Shown: in pieces, positions 8,296-17,031 of the stretch
How positions within the stretch are numbered: the first letter of the stretch is position 1
Layout: each line of letters opens with the position of its first letter
Assembly: GCA_035692845.1 (NCBI GenBank)
Contig: DASSHL010000151.1
Span: forward strand, 30,034-94,033
Direction: 5' to 3'
DNA from: Gemmatimonadales bacterium
Lineage (GTDB): Bacteria > Gemmatimonadota > Gemmatimonadetes > Gemmatimonadales > GWC2-71-9
Length of the DNA: 64,000 nucleotides
Notes under the pieces: model-generated
The model's input: the letters and a program-made list of their open reading frames with translations, nothing else
Databases searched by the model: none
Told to the model about the DNA's origin: nothing
Made by a program: the position numbers and the translations under genes

Positions 8296-8604
8296 GTGAC
8301 CATGGCAGCGAGCTTCGACCCCCAGGATGACCGCCAGCACGGCCACGCCATCCGGCGCCGGCAGGGCGGCCGGACGAGCATCTACGGCGGCGCTTTCTAC
8401 CCGGCCTCCTTCTCCATGAACGGCGGCCTGGCCGTGCCCTGCAAGGAGTTCGTGCCGGCCGACGGTGACCCCGGCCACTGCGCCAACTGCGGCGAGTACG
8501 ACGGGGACCACACGGCCAAGGCCGCCGGCCCCTACGCCACCGGCTACCAGGACGAGATCTCGCAGGGTCCCCTCGGCAGCGACAGCGCGACAGGAGCGTA
8601 CTGA
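8296..8604 (+). CDS. hypothetical protein
   Basis: GTG 8296 (or ATG 8302); HCANCGEYDGDH motif; high GC3. Confidence 0.5.
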   Translation: MTMAASFDPQDDRQHGHAIRRRQGGRTSIYGGAFYPASFSMNGGLAVPCKEFVPADGDPGHCANCGEYDGDHTAKAAGPYATGYQDEISQGPLGSDSATGAY

Positions 8605-8972
8605 TGGGCAAGACCTACAAGAGCGGAATCGGCACGGCCCGCGAGCGCAAGTCCCCCTTGGCGCCGACGATGGCCGGCGGGATGCCCCAGGGCGTCGTCG
8701 GTGGTTCTCCGTCGGCCAGCCCCGAGCGCGGCACGCTGCGGAAGAAGGGCAACGCCAAGGGCGGCGAGCCGGGCGGTCCCGGCGTGAAGAAGCAGCGGGT
8801 CCAGAGCTACGAGCGCCACGGCGCCCGGCAGCGGGTCGAGGTCCCCCTGCGCCTGCCCCAGGTGCCTGAGGCCGCCGCCACCCAGGCCAACGGCCGGGTC
8901 ATCAAGAGCTACCCCAAGCTGCAGGACGCCTGGAGCGGCTCGAACTTCTGGGACGCCAGCCGCGGCGGCTGA
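8604..8972 (+). CDS. hypothetical basic Gly-rich protein
   Basis: TGATG coupling at both ends. Confidence 0.5.
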   Translation: MGKTYKSGIGTARERKSPLAPTMAGGMPQGVVGGSPSASPERGTLRKKGNAKGGEPGGPGVKKQRVQSYERHGARQRVEVPLRLPQVPEAAATQANGRVIKSYPKLQDAWSGSNFWDASRGG

Positions 8973-9448
8973 TGCGCCCCCCGGCCAACGCCAACCTGAG
9001 CCGGGGCCAATTCCGCCAGCTCGACACTGACCTACGGGCAGGTGGCTTCACCCATCCCATCGCTGGCTCGGCGCCGACGGCCCCAGGGTTCATTGTCAGC
9101 GACCCTGGCGAGAAGCGCTACGCCATGGGCGTGTCAAGAGCTGCGGACCCCCAGCGTGGGTACTCCCCGAGCCGTTTGCCGCAATTCGTACGAAATGGCC
9201 GGGTAGCTTTCAGCCAGCCGGGAACGTACCTTGGAGGGTGGCTCGAAAGCGACAAGGGAACGGGCAAGACGGAGGCGGTGCTCGACCGCAGCCGGAAGTA
9301 CCCGGACCTGCCGTCGGCCAACCGGGCCATGCGTCGCAATGATCAGGAAGCCGCCTACGACCTCACGCAGAAGAACTACATCTACAACGCCCACCATCCG
9401 AAGAACGTAAGCCGGATCTGGGAGAACCTCGGCCGGCTTGGACAATAA
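8972..9448 (+). CDS. hypothetical protein (N-terminal LSRGQF tag)
   Basis: TGATG coupling; carries the recurrent N-terminal motif described in findings. Confidence 0.5.
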   Translation: MRPPANANLSRGQFRQLDTDLRAGGFTHPIAGSAPTAPGFIVSDPGEKRYAMGVSRAADPQRGYSPSRLPQFVRNGRVAFSQPGTYLGGWLESDKGTGKTEAVLDRSRKYPDLPSANRAMRRNDQEAAYDLTQKNYIYNAHHPKNVSRIWENLGRLGQ

Positions 9449-9462
9449 ATCGGAGCATTGAA

Positions 9463-9657
9463 TTGGACTACGTGGTGAAGAAAATCGAGATGGCTTGCGG
9501 CTGTGGTGAGGAATTACGAGTCCGGCCCCGAGAAAGCCGCACGCTCCTGAAGGTCGGCCAGACGGCTCACTGCCTTCGGCACGGTGACCAGGAGATCACG
9601 CAGGCCGAGGAGATCGCCGGCAACGTGCCGCTCCTGAAGGAACTTCTCGACCAGTGA
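9463..9657 (+). CDS. hypothetical protein
   Basis: TTG start; CGCG...CLRH; moderate support. Confidence 0.4.
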   Translation: MDYVVKKIEMACGCGEELRVRPRESRTLLKVGQTAHCLRHGDQEITQAEEIAGNVPLLKELLDQ

Positions 9658-9923
9658 TGGAGCAGCAGCAAATTCCCCCGCCCTGGGCCGAAGACCTGCG
9701 CTACGCACTGCGTCAGGCCCAGCAGGCGCTGCGGGCACCCAATCTCGCCGACCTCGCCACTGCTGCCATCGAGGCGGCCCGCGCCGCCGGCTGGGACGGC
9801 AGCGCCGAGGAGCTGTGGCGCGTGGCCGGCACGATGAACGAGCTGGACGGGTCGCTCAAGCAGCACCCGCAGCGGGCCTACCTCGACCGCGAGGTCGCTA
9901 GGTACTGGGGAGCCTCGGGGTAG
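9654..9923 (+). CDS. hypothetical protein
   Basis: GTGATG coupling (GTG 9654 or ATG 9657). Confidence 0.5.
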   Translation: MMEQQQIPPPWAEDLRYALRQAQQALRAPNLADLATAAIEAARAAGWDGSAEELWRVAGTMNELDGSLKQHPQRAYLDREVARYWGASG

Positions 9924-9932
9924 CATCGCTGT

Positions 9933-10418
9933 GTGACGCAGAACTGGGCCGAGACTTCTTTCGGCACGCCCTACCCCCAGGGCGGCGGTGGGGATTTGTC
10001 GCCGTGGTGGCGCGACGCACTCGATTTTCAGCGCTCGATGTGGCGCAAGACGCCCGAGGCCGAGTACCCCGACGGCTACCTCGGGACCTTCCGCACCCGG
10101 CGTGATGACCGGCTGCTCGACAGCCTGAAGAACCGGGTCAACCAGCGGAGCTACCAGCGTGGCGTCCACAAGGGCGAGCGCATCGACCGGGCCGACTACT
10201 TCTGGCCGGCGGCCTGGAATCCACAGCTCGGGTTGATGGCCGAGGCGGAAGGTGTTCGCCAGGCCCCGGTAGACGCCATCGCCAACCGGTTGCCCCCTGC
10301 CGGTGCGGCGATGTTCCCGCGTGGCGCTAACAGCCTGGTGACCTTGACCCACACGCCTCGGACCATCGACCCGATCCGCGTGCAGCAGCTTCGTCGGCTG
10401 ATGCCGGACTGGAGGTAG
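9933..10418 (+). CDS. hypothetical protein
   Basis: GTG start; high GC3; the opposite-strand 351-aa ORF has junk composition. Confidence 0.5.
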   Translation: MTQNWAETSFGTPYPQGGGGDLSPWWRDALDFQRSMWRKTPEAEYPDGYLGTFRTRRDDRLLDSLKNRVNQRSYQRGVHKGERIDRADYFWPAAWNPQLGLMAEAEGVRQAPVDAIANRLPPAGAAMFPRGANSLVTLTHTPRTIDPIRVQQLRRLMPDWR

Positions 10419-10421
10419 CGG

Positions 10422-11231
10422 GTGAAGAACGAACGGGGCCTGGCAGCGCTCTATCCGAAGGCCGACCTCCACAACCCGCACCAGTTCGAGCAGGTCGTGC
10501 AGAACATCAGGAACGTCTACAACGCCTCGCCGGAACAGGTACGCCAGGCTGGCCGGCAGTGGTACCCGCGGGTCCATGAGGCTGTCGCCAAGGGCGTGAA
10601 GGGCATGGGCCTCGGCCAGCACGCCCAGCTCGCTGGAGCCGGCCTTGTGGCGGCGCTCAGCCCCGGCATGGACTTCGAGCGCTCAAACATCCAGGCGTTC
10701 CATGAGCTGCGTCACGTCCGGCAGAAGGACTGGGACGTGATCATGAAGCACGGCGCCACCGGCTCGGGCCAGAAGCGCCACCCGGCCGTGTCGCAGGTGC
10801 TCCAGGGCCTGGAGATTGGCAAGGCGCCCGACGTGCAGCTCCTCAAGGCTCACCGGATCCTCCGGGGCGAGCACCCCGAGGACGTGATAATCCGCCAGGG
10901 CAGCCCGAAGACGCACTCGTTCATGCACAACATCAACGACCCGACCTCGAACCGGTTCGTGACCATCGACGGGCGCGCCCACGACATCGGGGTCAACCGG
11001 CTGACGCCGTGGACCTACAGCGGCCGGGGCATCAGCTCGGCGGCGCTGAAGTCCGGCGCCCCCACACGCTACGAGCACTTCCAGGACGCCTACCGGACGG
11101 CGGCGCACCTGGAGGACGAGGGCCTCGGCTTGTCCATGCAGGCCATCACCTGGGAGGGCGGCAAGCACCTGGAGCGGGCCATGAGCGGGACGAGCAAGGG
11201 ACCGCGGCGCCGTGGGCAGCCGTACACCTAG
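10422..11231 (+). CDS. hypothetical protein (conserved-looking phage domain)
   Basis: GTG start; 269 aa; globular composition; no catalytic motif recognised. Confidence 0.55.
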   Translation: MKNERGLAALYPKADLHNPHQFEQVVQNIRNVYNASPEQVRQAGRQWYPRVHEAVAKGVKGMGLGQHAQLAGAGLVAALSPGMDFERSNIQAFHELRHVRQKDWDVIMKHGATGSGQKRHPAVSQVLQGLEIGKAPDVQLLKAHRILRGEHPEDVIIRQGSPKTHSFMHNINDPTSNRFVTIDGRAHDIGVNRLTPWTYSGRGISSAALKSGAPTRYEHFQDAYRTAAHLEDEGLGLSMQAITWEGGKHLERAMSGTSKGPRRRGQPYT

Positions 11232-11482
11232 CGCTTCGGCAGCCGGCGGCGGCTCACGCCCTGGTCGAGCTGGGCCTGGACCTTGGCCTTCATCTCCTCG
11301 GCCGGGTCCGGCATGTCCCGGCCGTGCTCGGCGGCGATCCGCTGGAGGATCCGCCAGACCTCGTCCTTCTGCTTCAGCAGCTCGGGAACGGAGTCGTTGC
11401 TCACGGCCGAATACGCTCGGTAGAAGTACCCGTAGAGCGCTTCGAAATCGTCGTCGGAGAGTGTGACGGCCACGTCTTGCAT
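11228..11482 (-). CDS. hypothetical protein
   Basis: Start taken at MQDVAVTLSDDDFEALYGYFY; very high GC3 in this frame; convergent with 10422..11231, stop codons overlapping. Confidence 0.5.
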   Translation of the reverse strand: MQDVAVTLSDDDFEALYGYFYRAYSAVSNDSVPELLKQKDEVWRILQRIAAEHGRDMPDPAEEMKAKVQAQLDQGVSRRRLPKR

Positions 11483-11499
11483 TTTACAGGAGGAAGAGC

Positions 11500-11796
11500 A
11501 TGCCAGCGCCCGCCGGTCGGCCACCCGAAATGCGCTTCACGAACCGCACCTACGAGGAGCGGATGGTCGACCAGGCCCTGGTGGCCGGCGAGGTCCCTGG
11601 CGAGCAGCTCGCGGCCCTGGCGCCGCCCCTGCCCCAGATCGACCCCTGGAGGCCCCGCTACGGCTACGACCAGCGGGCCATGGGGGTTCGTGACGTTCTG
11701 GCCCTCGATCGCCTCTATCCCGACCGCAGGGACGCCTGGACGGGCGGCCCGCACGACTGGCAGGGGAGTGCCCGGATGACGGAGTTCTGGTTTTGA
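11500..11796 (+). CDS. hypothetical protein
   Basis: ATG preceded by CAGGAGGAAGAG; high GC3. Confidence 0.5.
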   Translation: MPAPAGRPPEMRFTNRTYEERMVDQALVAGEVPGEQLAALAPPLPQIDPWRPRYGYDQRAMGVRDVLALDRLYPDRRDAWTGGPHDWQGSARMTEFWF

Positions 11797-12170
11797 ACGC
11801 GCCGGCGTGTCGATCGTGCGGGGACCCCATCGGCTTCAACCCCAAGGCCCAGGCGACCTGGGAGCGGGTCCATGGGGCCGAGGCCGGCACGGTGCCGGGG
11901 GCCGGCTGGTTCCACCATGCCTGGCCGCACAAGACGGACGAGCAGGGAAACGACATCCCCGGAACCGGCAAATACAGCATGTCGAGGAACGACCCCGATT
12001 TCCACTATGCCGTGCCGCCCCCTGGTGTGAATGGCCCCGGCGTGGCGGCCAGCGCACAGGCATCCCGCGACCAAGCTAAAGAGCACATCAAGAAGCACTT
12101 AAGCCGGCAGTTTGACTTCCTGGCCGCTGAGAAAAGAGGCGGGAGACACATCGATCTCTCGGAGGACTAG
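11793..12170 (+). CDS. hypothetical protein
   Basis: Overlapping start/stop; CRSCGDP motif. Confidence 0.5.
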   Translation: MNAPACRSCGDPIGFNPKAQATWERVHGAEAGTVPGAGWFHHAWPHKTDEQGNDIPGTGKYSMSRNDPDFHYAVPPPGVNGPGVAASAQASRDQAKEHIKKHLSRQFDFLAAEKRGGRHIDLSED

Positions 12171-12266
12171 ATGCCCCCCTACGGCTGGTTCTGGAACATC
12201 ATCGGCCTGCTCGTCGCCCTCGTCGTGATCGTCTTCCTTCTGCGCCTGCTGGGCGCCAACGTCTAG
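12171..12266 (+). CDS. 31-aa single-TM peptide (below track cutoff)
   Basis: My translation: MPPYGWFWNIIGLLVALVVIVFLLRLLGANV; ATG directly after the upstream TAG. Confidence 0.4.
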   Translation: MPPYGWFWNIIGLLVALVVIVFLLRLLGANV

Positions 12267-12275
12267 GAGGCCACC

Positions 12276-12446
12276 GTGCATTGGATCGCCGCCCTGCTGG
12301 CCCTGGCCGCCGTCGTCTGCTTCCTGGTGGAGTGGTACACGGCGGCCCCGCCGCGCCGGCCTCTGCCGCTCGGCCTGGCTCTGCTCACCATCGCCTGGAT
12401 GGTGCAGCTCATCGTCCTGACGGGCAGCCACTTCAAGGTCAACTAG
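12276..12446 (+). CDS. 56-aa two-TM membrane protein (below track cutoff)
   Basis: GTG after AGGAGG; my translation: VHWIAALLALAAVVCFLVEWYTAAPPRRPLPLGLALLTIAWMVQLIVLTGSHFKVN. Confidence 0.4.
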   Translation: MHWIAALLALAAVVCFLVEWYTAAPPRRPLPLGLALLTIAWMVQLIVLTGSHFKVN

Positions 12447-12754
12447 GTCTTCTGGCCCTCGTCCTCGACAGGGTCGTGGCCGCAGACTGCCTCGATGATC
12501 CGCTCCAGCCGCTGATTGGTGGCCTTCTCGAAGCGCTGCTGGTCGTTGTGGAGGAGCGCCACCATCAGGAAGGTGATGATCGTGGTCGCCGTGTTGATGA
12601 CGAGCTGCCAGGTGTCGACCTTCCCCGGCACCTGCTCGGGCATGATCAGGAAGCTCGGCAGCCAGATAATTACGAGCAGGACGCAGGCCGAGAAGAAATA
12701 GGGCGAGGCGGCGGCATTTGCCACCCGGTCGGCAAGACGATCGAAGCGGTTCAT
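12443..12754 (-). CDS. low-affinity iron permease family membrane protein
   Basis: MNRFDRLADRVANAAASPYFF...DTWQLVINTATTIITFLMVALLHNDQQRFEKATNQRLERII matches my memory of the Fet4-like/PF04120 pattern (W.L.iNt.Tti.tFlmv...Q...r). The rest of track ORF 12443..13414 is junk. Confidence 0.65.
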   Translation of the reverse strand: MNRFDRLADRVANAAASPYFFSACVLLVIIWLPSFLIMPEQVPGKVDTWQLVINTATTIITFLMVALLHNDQQRFEKATNQRLERIIEAVCGHDPVEDEGQKT

Positions 12755-12772
12755 GCGTGCAATGATGGCGTC

Positions 12773-12925
12773 ATGGCGACACCAGGGAAGAAGCAGTCCA
12801 TCAGCAAGCTGACCCAGGCCGGCACCCAACCCCGGAAGAGCCTCAAGATGGGCACGACCTGGAAGCAGCTCAACGTCAAGAAGAGCCACAGCAAGGGCCG
12901 GGGCCGGAATACCAGGAGGGGCTAA
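12773..12925 (+). CDS. 50-aa highly basic protein
   Basis: MATPGKKQSISKL...KGRGRNTRRG; divergent from the permease gene; weak support. Confidence 0.3.
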   Translation: MATPGKKQSISKLTQAGTQPRKSLKMGTTWKQLNVKKSHSKGRGRNTRRG

Positions 12926-12928
12926 GTC

Positions 12929-13129
12929 ATGGCCGTGAATTCCGAGCGCTCGATGAACAAGGACATGCGCCAGGGCGCTGTCGACCACACCATCCGCCTG
13001 CGCCAGGGCGAGGACCGCGGCGGCCCGCTCGACCAGGCGAACTACTACAACCACCTCGTCGGCAGTCAGGCGTTCCTGGAGACTGGCGACTTTCTGGTGG
13101 ACGACTACCTGCGCGGCATCGTCCGCTAG
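12929..13129 (+). CDS. hypothetical protein
   Basis: ATG after AGGAGGGG. Confidence 0.45.
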   Translation: MAVNSERSMNKDMRQGAVDHTIRLRQGEDRGGPLDQANYYNHLVGSQAFLETGDFLVDDYLRGIVR

Positions 13130-13150
13130 ACCCCATCGACGGAGAACGAC

Positions 13151-13501
13151 ATGGAGCACAAATTCAGCGATGAGCAGGTGGCAGCCGTCTGCCATGAGGC
13201 GAACCGACAGGTGCAGAGGATGTTCGGCGAGCAGGTGAATTTCCCCTGGGAGAACACCGGCCCCGACCTGAGGAACTCGATCATCGACGGAGTGAGGAAA
13301 ATCCGCTCGGGCGAGGTCACCACCCCCGAGCAGAGCCACAGGAATTGGTGCCAGTACAAGACGGACGAAGGCTGGGTGTACGGCGAGGTCAAGAACTTCG
13401 CCACGAAGGAGCACCCGCAGCTCGTTCCCTACGAGGTGTTGCCGGCCGAGCAGCAGTACAAGGATCGGGTTTTCTGGGCCATCGTGAAGGCGCTCGGCTG
13501 A
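13151..13501 (+). CDS. RyR (ryanodine-receptor repeat) domain protein
   Basis: CHEANRQ...W...SHRNWCQYKTDEGWVYGEVKNFATKEHPQLVPYEVLPAEQQYKDR fits the RyR-domain pattern (W...GW.YG......K.HP.LVPY..L....K..D). Confidence 0.7.
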   Translation: MEHKFSDEQVAAVCHEANRQVQRMFGEQVNFPWENTGPDLRNSIIDGVRKIRSGEVTTPEQSHRNWCQYKTDEGWVYGEVKNFATKEHPQLVPYEVLPAEQQYKDRVFWAIVKALG

Positions 13502-13668
13502 TGCCGCTCGCTGACCACTGCGCCAAGGCGCTGCCTCGCGTCACGCCCGATGTGGATCAGCTCCAGGTGCAGTGCCCGGTCTGCCTGTCGCTGTGGATCT
13601 ACGAGAACAAGCGCTGGTCGCAGTTCTCGCTCGAAGAGCAGAAGCGCCATGGGCTGGTGCCGACGTGA
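13501..13668 (+). CDS. hypothetical protein
   Basis: TGATG coupling; CPVC motif. Confidence 0.45.
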   Translation: MPLADHCAKALPRVTPDVDQLQVQCPVCLSLWIYENKRWSQFSLEEQKRHGLVPT

Positions 13669-14141
13669 GCGAACAGGTACGTCTGCTGGCCTGTCGGGAC
13701 TGCCGGTCGGTCGACATGATGCCGGACTATGCCGGCCCGGTCGAGGGCGATGTCGTGCTCGATGACCTCGTCAACCGCCACCCGAGATTCCCCAACGGCG
13801 AGCCGCATAAGGCGCTGCTGATGCGGGTCGAGGAGAAGTACTGGAACGACGTGTCGGCCCGCAAGCAGATTCTCGCCGAGCTGGGCCTGACCCACGGCCT
13901 CGGCGACGAGTGGTACGCCGACAAATGCACGTACGAGGAAGAAGCGCTGCGGTGCTTCAACAATCACAGCCGGCCGAAGCAGGGCTGCATCGATTGGCAG
14001 GACGACAACAAGCGCATCGGCAATCCGACCAAGATCGGCTGGAAAGCCGGTCCCAAGGTGTACCTCTGCAACTTCTGCCCGGTGCGGAGCTGGGTGGACA
14101 CACAGAAGCGCCACGCAAAGGGCCTCTACAAGGAGCACTGA
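13665..14141 (+). CDS. hypothetical Cys-containing protein
   Basis: GTGA coupling at 13665; CRDC...CNFCPVRSW. Confidence 0.5.
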   Translation: MSEQVRLLACRDCRSVDMMPDYAGPVEGDVVLDDLVNRHPRFPNGEPHKALLMRVEEKYWNDVSARKQILAELGLTHGLGDEWYADKCTYEEEALRCFNNHSRPKQGCIDWQDDNKRIGNPTKIGWKAGPKVYLCNFCPVRSWVDTQKRHAKGLYKEH

Positions 14142-14146
14142 CACGC

Positions 14147-14332
14147 ATGAAGACCTGGGAAATCAAATTGGACTTCGAAGAGAAGATCGAGATCGAAGCG
14201 GACCACATGACGCTGCACGACGACGATGTCTTCGTCTTCGTGAAGGACACCGGGGACGTGCAGCACACTGTGGCGGTGGTCCCTCGTATCCGCGTGGTCT
14301 GGGCGAGGGAGAAGGTTGCGGTTGATGTCTGA
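14147..14332 (+). CDS. hypothetical protein
   Basis: ATG 14147 (MKTWEIKLDFEEK...). Confidence 0.45.
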   Translation: MKTWEIKLDFEEKIEIEADHMTLHDDDVFVFVKDTGDVQHTVAVVPRIRVVWAREKVAVDV

Positions 14333-14756
14333 GCACGAAATTCACCCCGACGACATGGTCGAGCTGACGCAGGACGAGATCGATGAGGCCAAGGCGTACG
14401 CACCGAACCCGCCGGCCGAGAAGGAGCCGATCAAGGCCATCACCGCCTACTTGGTGGTGCAGATGCCGGACGGCTCTTACGTTGCCTTCACTGACGCCAA
14501 CACGCCGCTGGAGCTGGAGCGTGAGGCCACGCTGCACGACATCCACGCCGGGGCCTGTCAGACCCAGCGCGACGTGATGATCATGCACATGACCCAGAAC
14601 GTGGTGCAGAACACCGTGGCCGCCATGATGCAGGCCATGGCCGCTCAGATGCAGGCGGTGCAGGACCAGGCGCTCGTCAAGCAGGTCATGGCCTCGCCGG
14701 CCGGCGGTGTGCCCATCCTCAATCCGAACCGGGCGCAGCGGCGGCACACCCACTGA
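14325..14756 (+). CDS. hypothetical Met/Gln-rich protein
   Basis: ATG 14325 (alternative TTG 14316). Confidence 0.5.
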   Translation: MSEHEIHPDDMVELTQDEIDEAKAYAPNPPAEKEPIKAITAYLVVQMPDGSYVAFTDANTPLELEREATLHDIHAGACQTQRDVMIMHMTQNVVQNTVAAMMQAMAAQMQAVQDQALVKQVMASPAGGVPILNPNRAQRRHTH

Positions 14757-15697
14757 TGGATGTCCGGGGCCGGCTCGGCACGCGCTACGAGGATTTCCTG
14801 CGGCCGGCCCCGGTCGAGATGAAGGGCGCCTCGGGCTACTTCTCCAAGCCCGATGTCGGCCTCGACCCACACCTGTTCGACGGCATGGCGCTCAAGGGGG
14901 CGGTGCGCCAGGAGATCCTGGGTCTGCTCTACGGCTTCTGGAAGGGCCGCTACGCCGTTCCGAGGAGCTGGAGCACCGTCTGGATCGCCGGCAGTGGGGC
15001 GAGCTACCAGTGGGGCGCTGAGCGGGAGGCAACGGGGCCGGGCGACCTCGACATCCTGATCGGCGTGGACTTCCAGAAATTGCGGCAGACCAACCCGCAA
15101 TTCGTGGGATTCTCGGACGACATGACGGCTGCCCAGATGAACAAGGAGATGCACGACCAGCTATGGCCTACCACCGCCGCTCACGATTTTGGCGGGCGAA
15201 GCTACGAGGTCACCTTCTACATCAACCCGCAGTCCCAGGACATCCGCGACATCAGCCCGTACGCCGCCTACAACGTCAGCCATGGGAGCTGGACCGTTCC
15301 GCCCATCGAGCTGCCCGGCGACTGGGGGCCTGAGAAGCTGCCGACCGACTGGTGGGAGAAGTTCCACCGCGACACCGAGTACGGCCGCCAGCTCATCGAC
15401 CAGTACAACGCCCAGGCCGAGGAAGTCGGCCAGCATGACCCCGGCTCGCCCCACTGGTACAACGCCACCAAGGCCCTGAGCCGCACCACCCAGCAGGCGC
15501 TGGCGCTCTTCGATGAGATCCACCTCGGACGCAAGGCGGCGTTCCTTGGCGGCGGCAAGGGCTTCCTGGCCTTCGAGAACGCCCGCTGGCAGGTGGGGAA
15601 GGGATCGGGCCTCATCGACGCTCTACGGGCCATCAAGGGGGCGCACGACGAAGCCTCGCGGGCCAGCCGGCGTGCAATGTACGGCGGGGCGCTGTGA
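14756..15697 (+). CDS. Pol-beta-superfamily nucleotidyltransferase-like protein
   Basis: IAGSGASYQWGAEREATGPGDLDILIGVD fits hG[GS]x9-13DxD of minimal NTases; TGATG coupling. Confidence 0.5.
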   Translation: MDVRGRLGTRYEDFLRPAPVEMKGASGYFSKPDVGLDPHLFDGMALKGAVRQEILGLLYGFWKGRYAVPRSWSTVWIAGSGASYQWGAEREATGPGDLDILIGVDFQKLRQTNPQFVGFSDDMTAAQMNKEMHDQLWPTTAAHDFGGRSYEVTFYINPQSQDIRDISPYAAYNVSHGSWTVPPIELPGDWGPEKLPTDWWEKFHRDTEYGRQLIDQYNAQAEEVGQHDPGSPHWYNATKALSRTTQQALALFDEIHLGRKAAFLGGGKGFLAFENARWQVGKGSGLIDALRAIKGAHDEASRASRRAMYGGAL

Positions 15698-15891
15698 ACC
15701 GGGCGCTCAGCCGGCACCAGTTCAAGGTCCAGTGGGCCAAGAACAAGGACACGCTCAAGGAGGGCGAGCTGGCCGCCGGCCACAGCTACCTCACCGTGCT
15801 GGCCCGCGACCCCGACGAAGGCAAGCTCATCGCCGAGCAGATGGTGGCCGCCCGCGGTCATGAGCCGACGAAAGCAGACTGGATCCCATGA
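15694..15891 (+). CDS. hypothetical protein (N-terminal LSRHQF tag)
   Basis: GTGA coupling. Confidence 0.5.
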   Translation: MNRALSRHQFKVQWAKNKDTLKEGELAAGHSYLTVLARDPDEGKLIAEQMVAARGHEPTKADWIP

Positions 15892-16331
15892 GCCGACGCG
15901 ACGAATTCGATTTCGGTCAGGCCGAGAAGGAGATGCGGGGCGCCGAGGGCCGGGCCATGGGCGCCCACCTGTGGGAGGGCATGGAGAACATCTTCGGCCC
16001 GGTGAGGATGCAGGCGCAGCAGCAGGCCGTCTCGCACCTGGAGAAGCAATTCCCCGGCCAGCGCATCCACGCTGACGACGATGACCCTGACCCGCACGTC
16101 AAGGCCAGCCACGGTCCCTGGGAGGGGCGCTACCACGCCGGCCCGTACATCGAGGTCCGGCACAAGGCGACCCAGGAGCCGGTGGACGTGATCCACGTCG
16201 GCGAGAACCGCAGCTTCAGCCACGACGACATGAAGTCAGCGCTGAAGGAATTCCACGATGACCATGGCCCCGAATACATCCAGGCGTACGGCCTCGACAA
16301 GAAGCGGCGCAAGGAGGTCGATCTTCGATGA
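15888..16331 (+). CDS. hypothetical protein (N-terminal SRRDEF tag)
   Basis: ATGA coupling. Confidence 0.5.
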   Translation: MSRRDEFDFGQAEKEMRGAEGRAMGAHLWEGMENIFGPVRMQAQQQAVSHLEKQFPGQRIHADDDDPDPHVKASHGPWEGRYHAGPYIEVRHKATQEPVDVIHVGENRSFSHDDMKSALKEFHDDHGPEYIQAYGLDKKRRKEVDLR

Positions 16332-16552
16332 GCCGGCGTCGGGAATTCGAGAGTGGGCGTGAGGTCGATCTCACCAAGGTCACCGAGGATGATGAGGCGA
16401 CAGCCTGGCTGCGGGGGCACCTGGAAACACACCACGGCCTGGCGCCCTCAGCTTTCCACCCCAGCGTCGATATTCGAGCATTCCACGCTCATCACCACGG
16501 CGCAGACCCGGAGATGCAGCACCGGCATGATGGCGATCCGTTGTACGGATGA
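16328..16552 (+). CDS. hypothetical His-rich protein (N-terminal SRRREF tag)
   Basis: ATGA coupling. Confidence 0.5.
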   Translation: MSRRREFESGREVDLTKVTEDDEATAWLRGHLETHHGLAPSAFHPSVDIRAFHAHHHGADPEMQHRHDGDPLYG

Positions 16553-17031
16553 CGGCCGCCTTCTTCGACTTCGAGGAGGTGCTGGCCCGGCAGACGCGTG
16601 AGCCGCTGGCGCTCGGCCTCAAGCTGGTCCGGTTGGTGCGGCCGGCGTTCCGGCTGATCCTTTCCACCGAGGAAACCCAGCCCGAGCTGGTGCAGCATTG
16701 GCTGCTGGAAAATGCGCTGCCGAGGGACACGTTCGCTTACCAGTACCACCTGCTGCCCGACGAACTGGAGCTGAGCGAGGACGAGGTATTCGAGCGGCAT
16801 CTGGATCGTGCTCTCGTCCATATCAACATCGAGATGGTGGTCACGGCCAGTCCCACCAGGGCGGCCATCGCCATGCGGCGCTCGATCACAGCACTGCTCT
16901 TCGCCTCGCCGGCAACGGCGCGCCCTGAATTTCGGCCGGGGCTGCGGCCATGGGATGAAATCTCGGAGGAGGTGAGTCGTCGTCGTATCCTGAGGGCAAA
17001 AGCCACCGTGGGGAATGCCGATGACGACTGA
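16549..17031 (+). CDS. hypothetical protein
   Basis: ATGA coupling; AFFDFEEVL could be a degenerate HAD motif I (weak). Confidence 0.5.
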   Translation: MTAAFFDFEEVLARQTREPLALGLKLVRLVRPAFRLILSTEETQPELVQHWLLENALPRDTFAYQYHLLPDELELSEDEVFERHLDRALVHINIEMVVTASPTRAAIAMRRSITALLFASPATARPEFRPGLRPWDEISEEVSRRRILRAKATVGNADDD

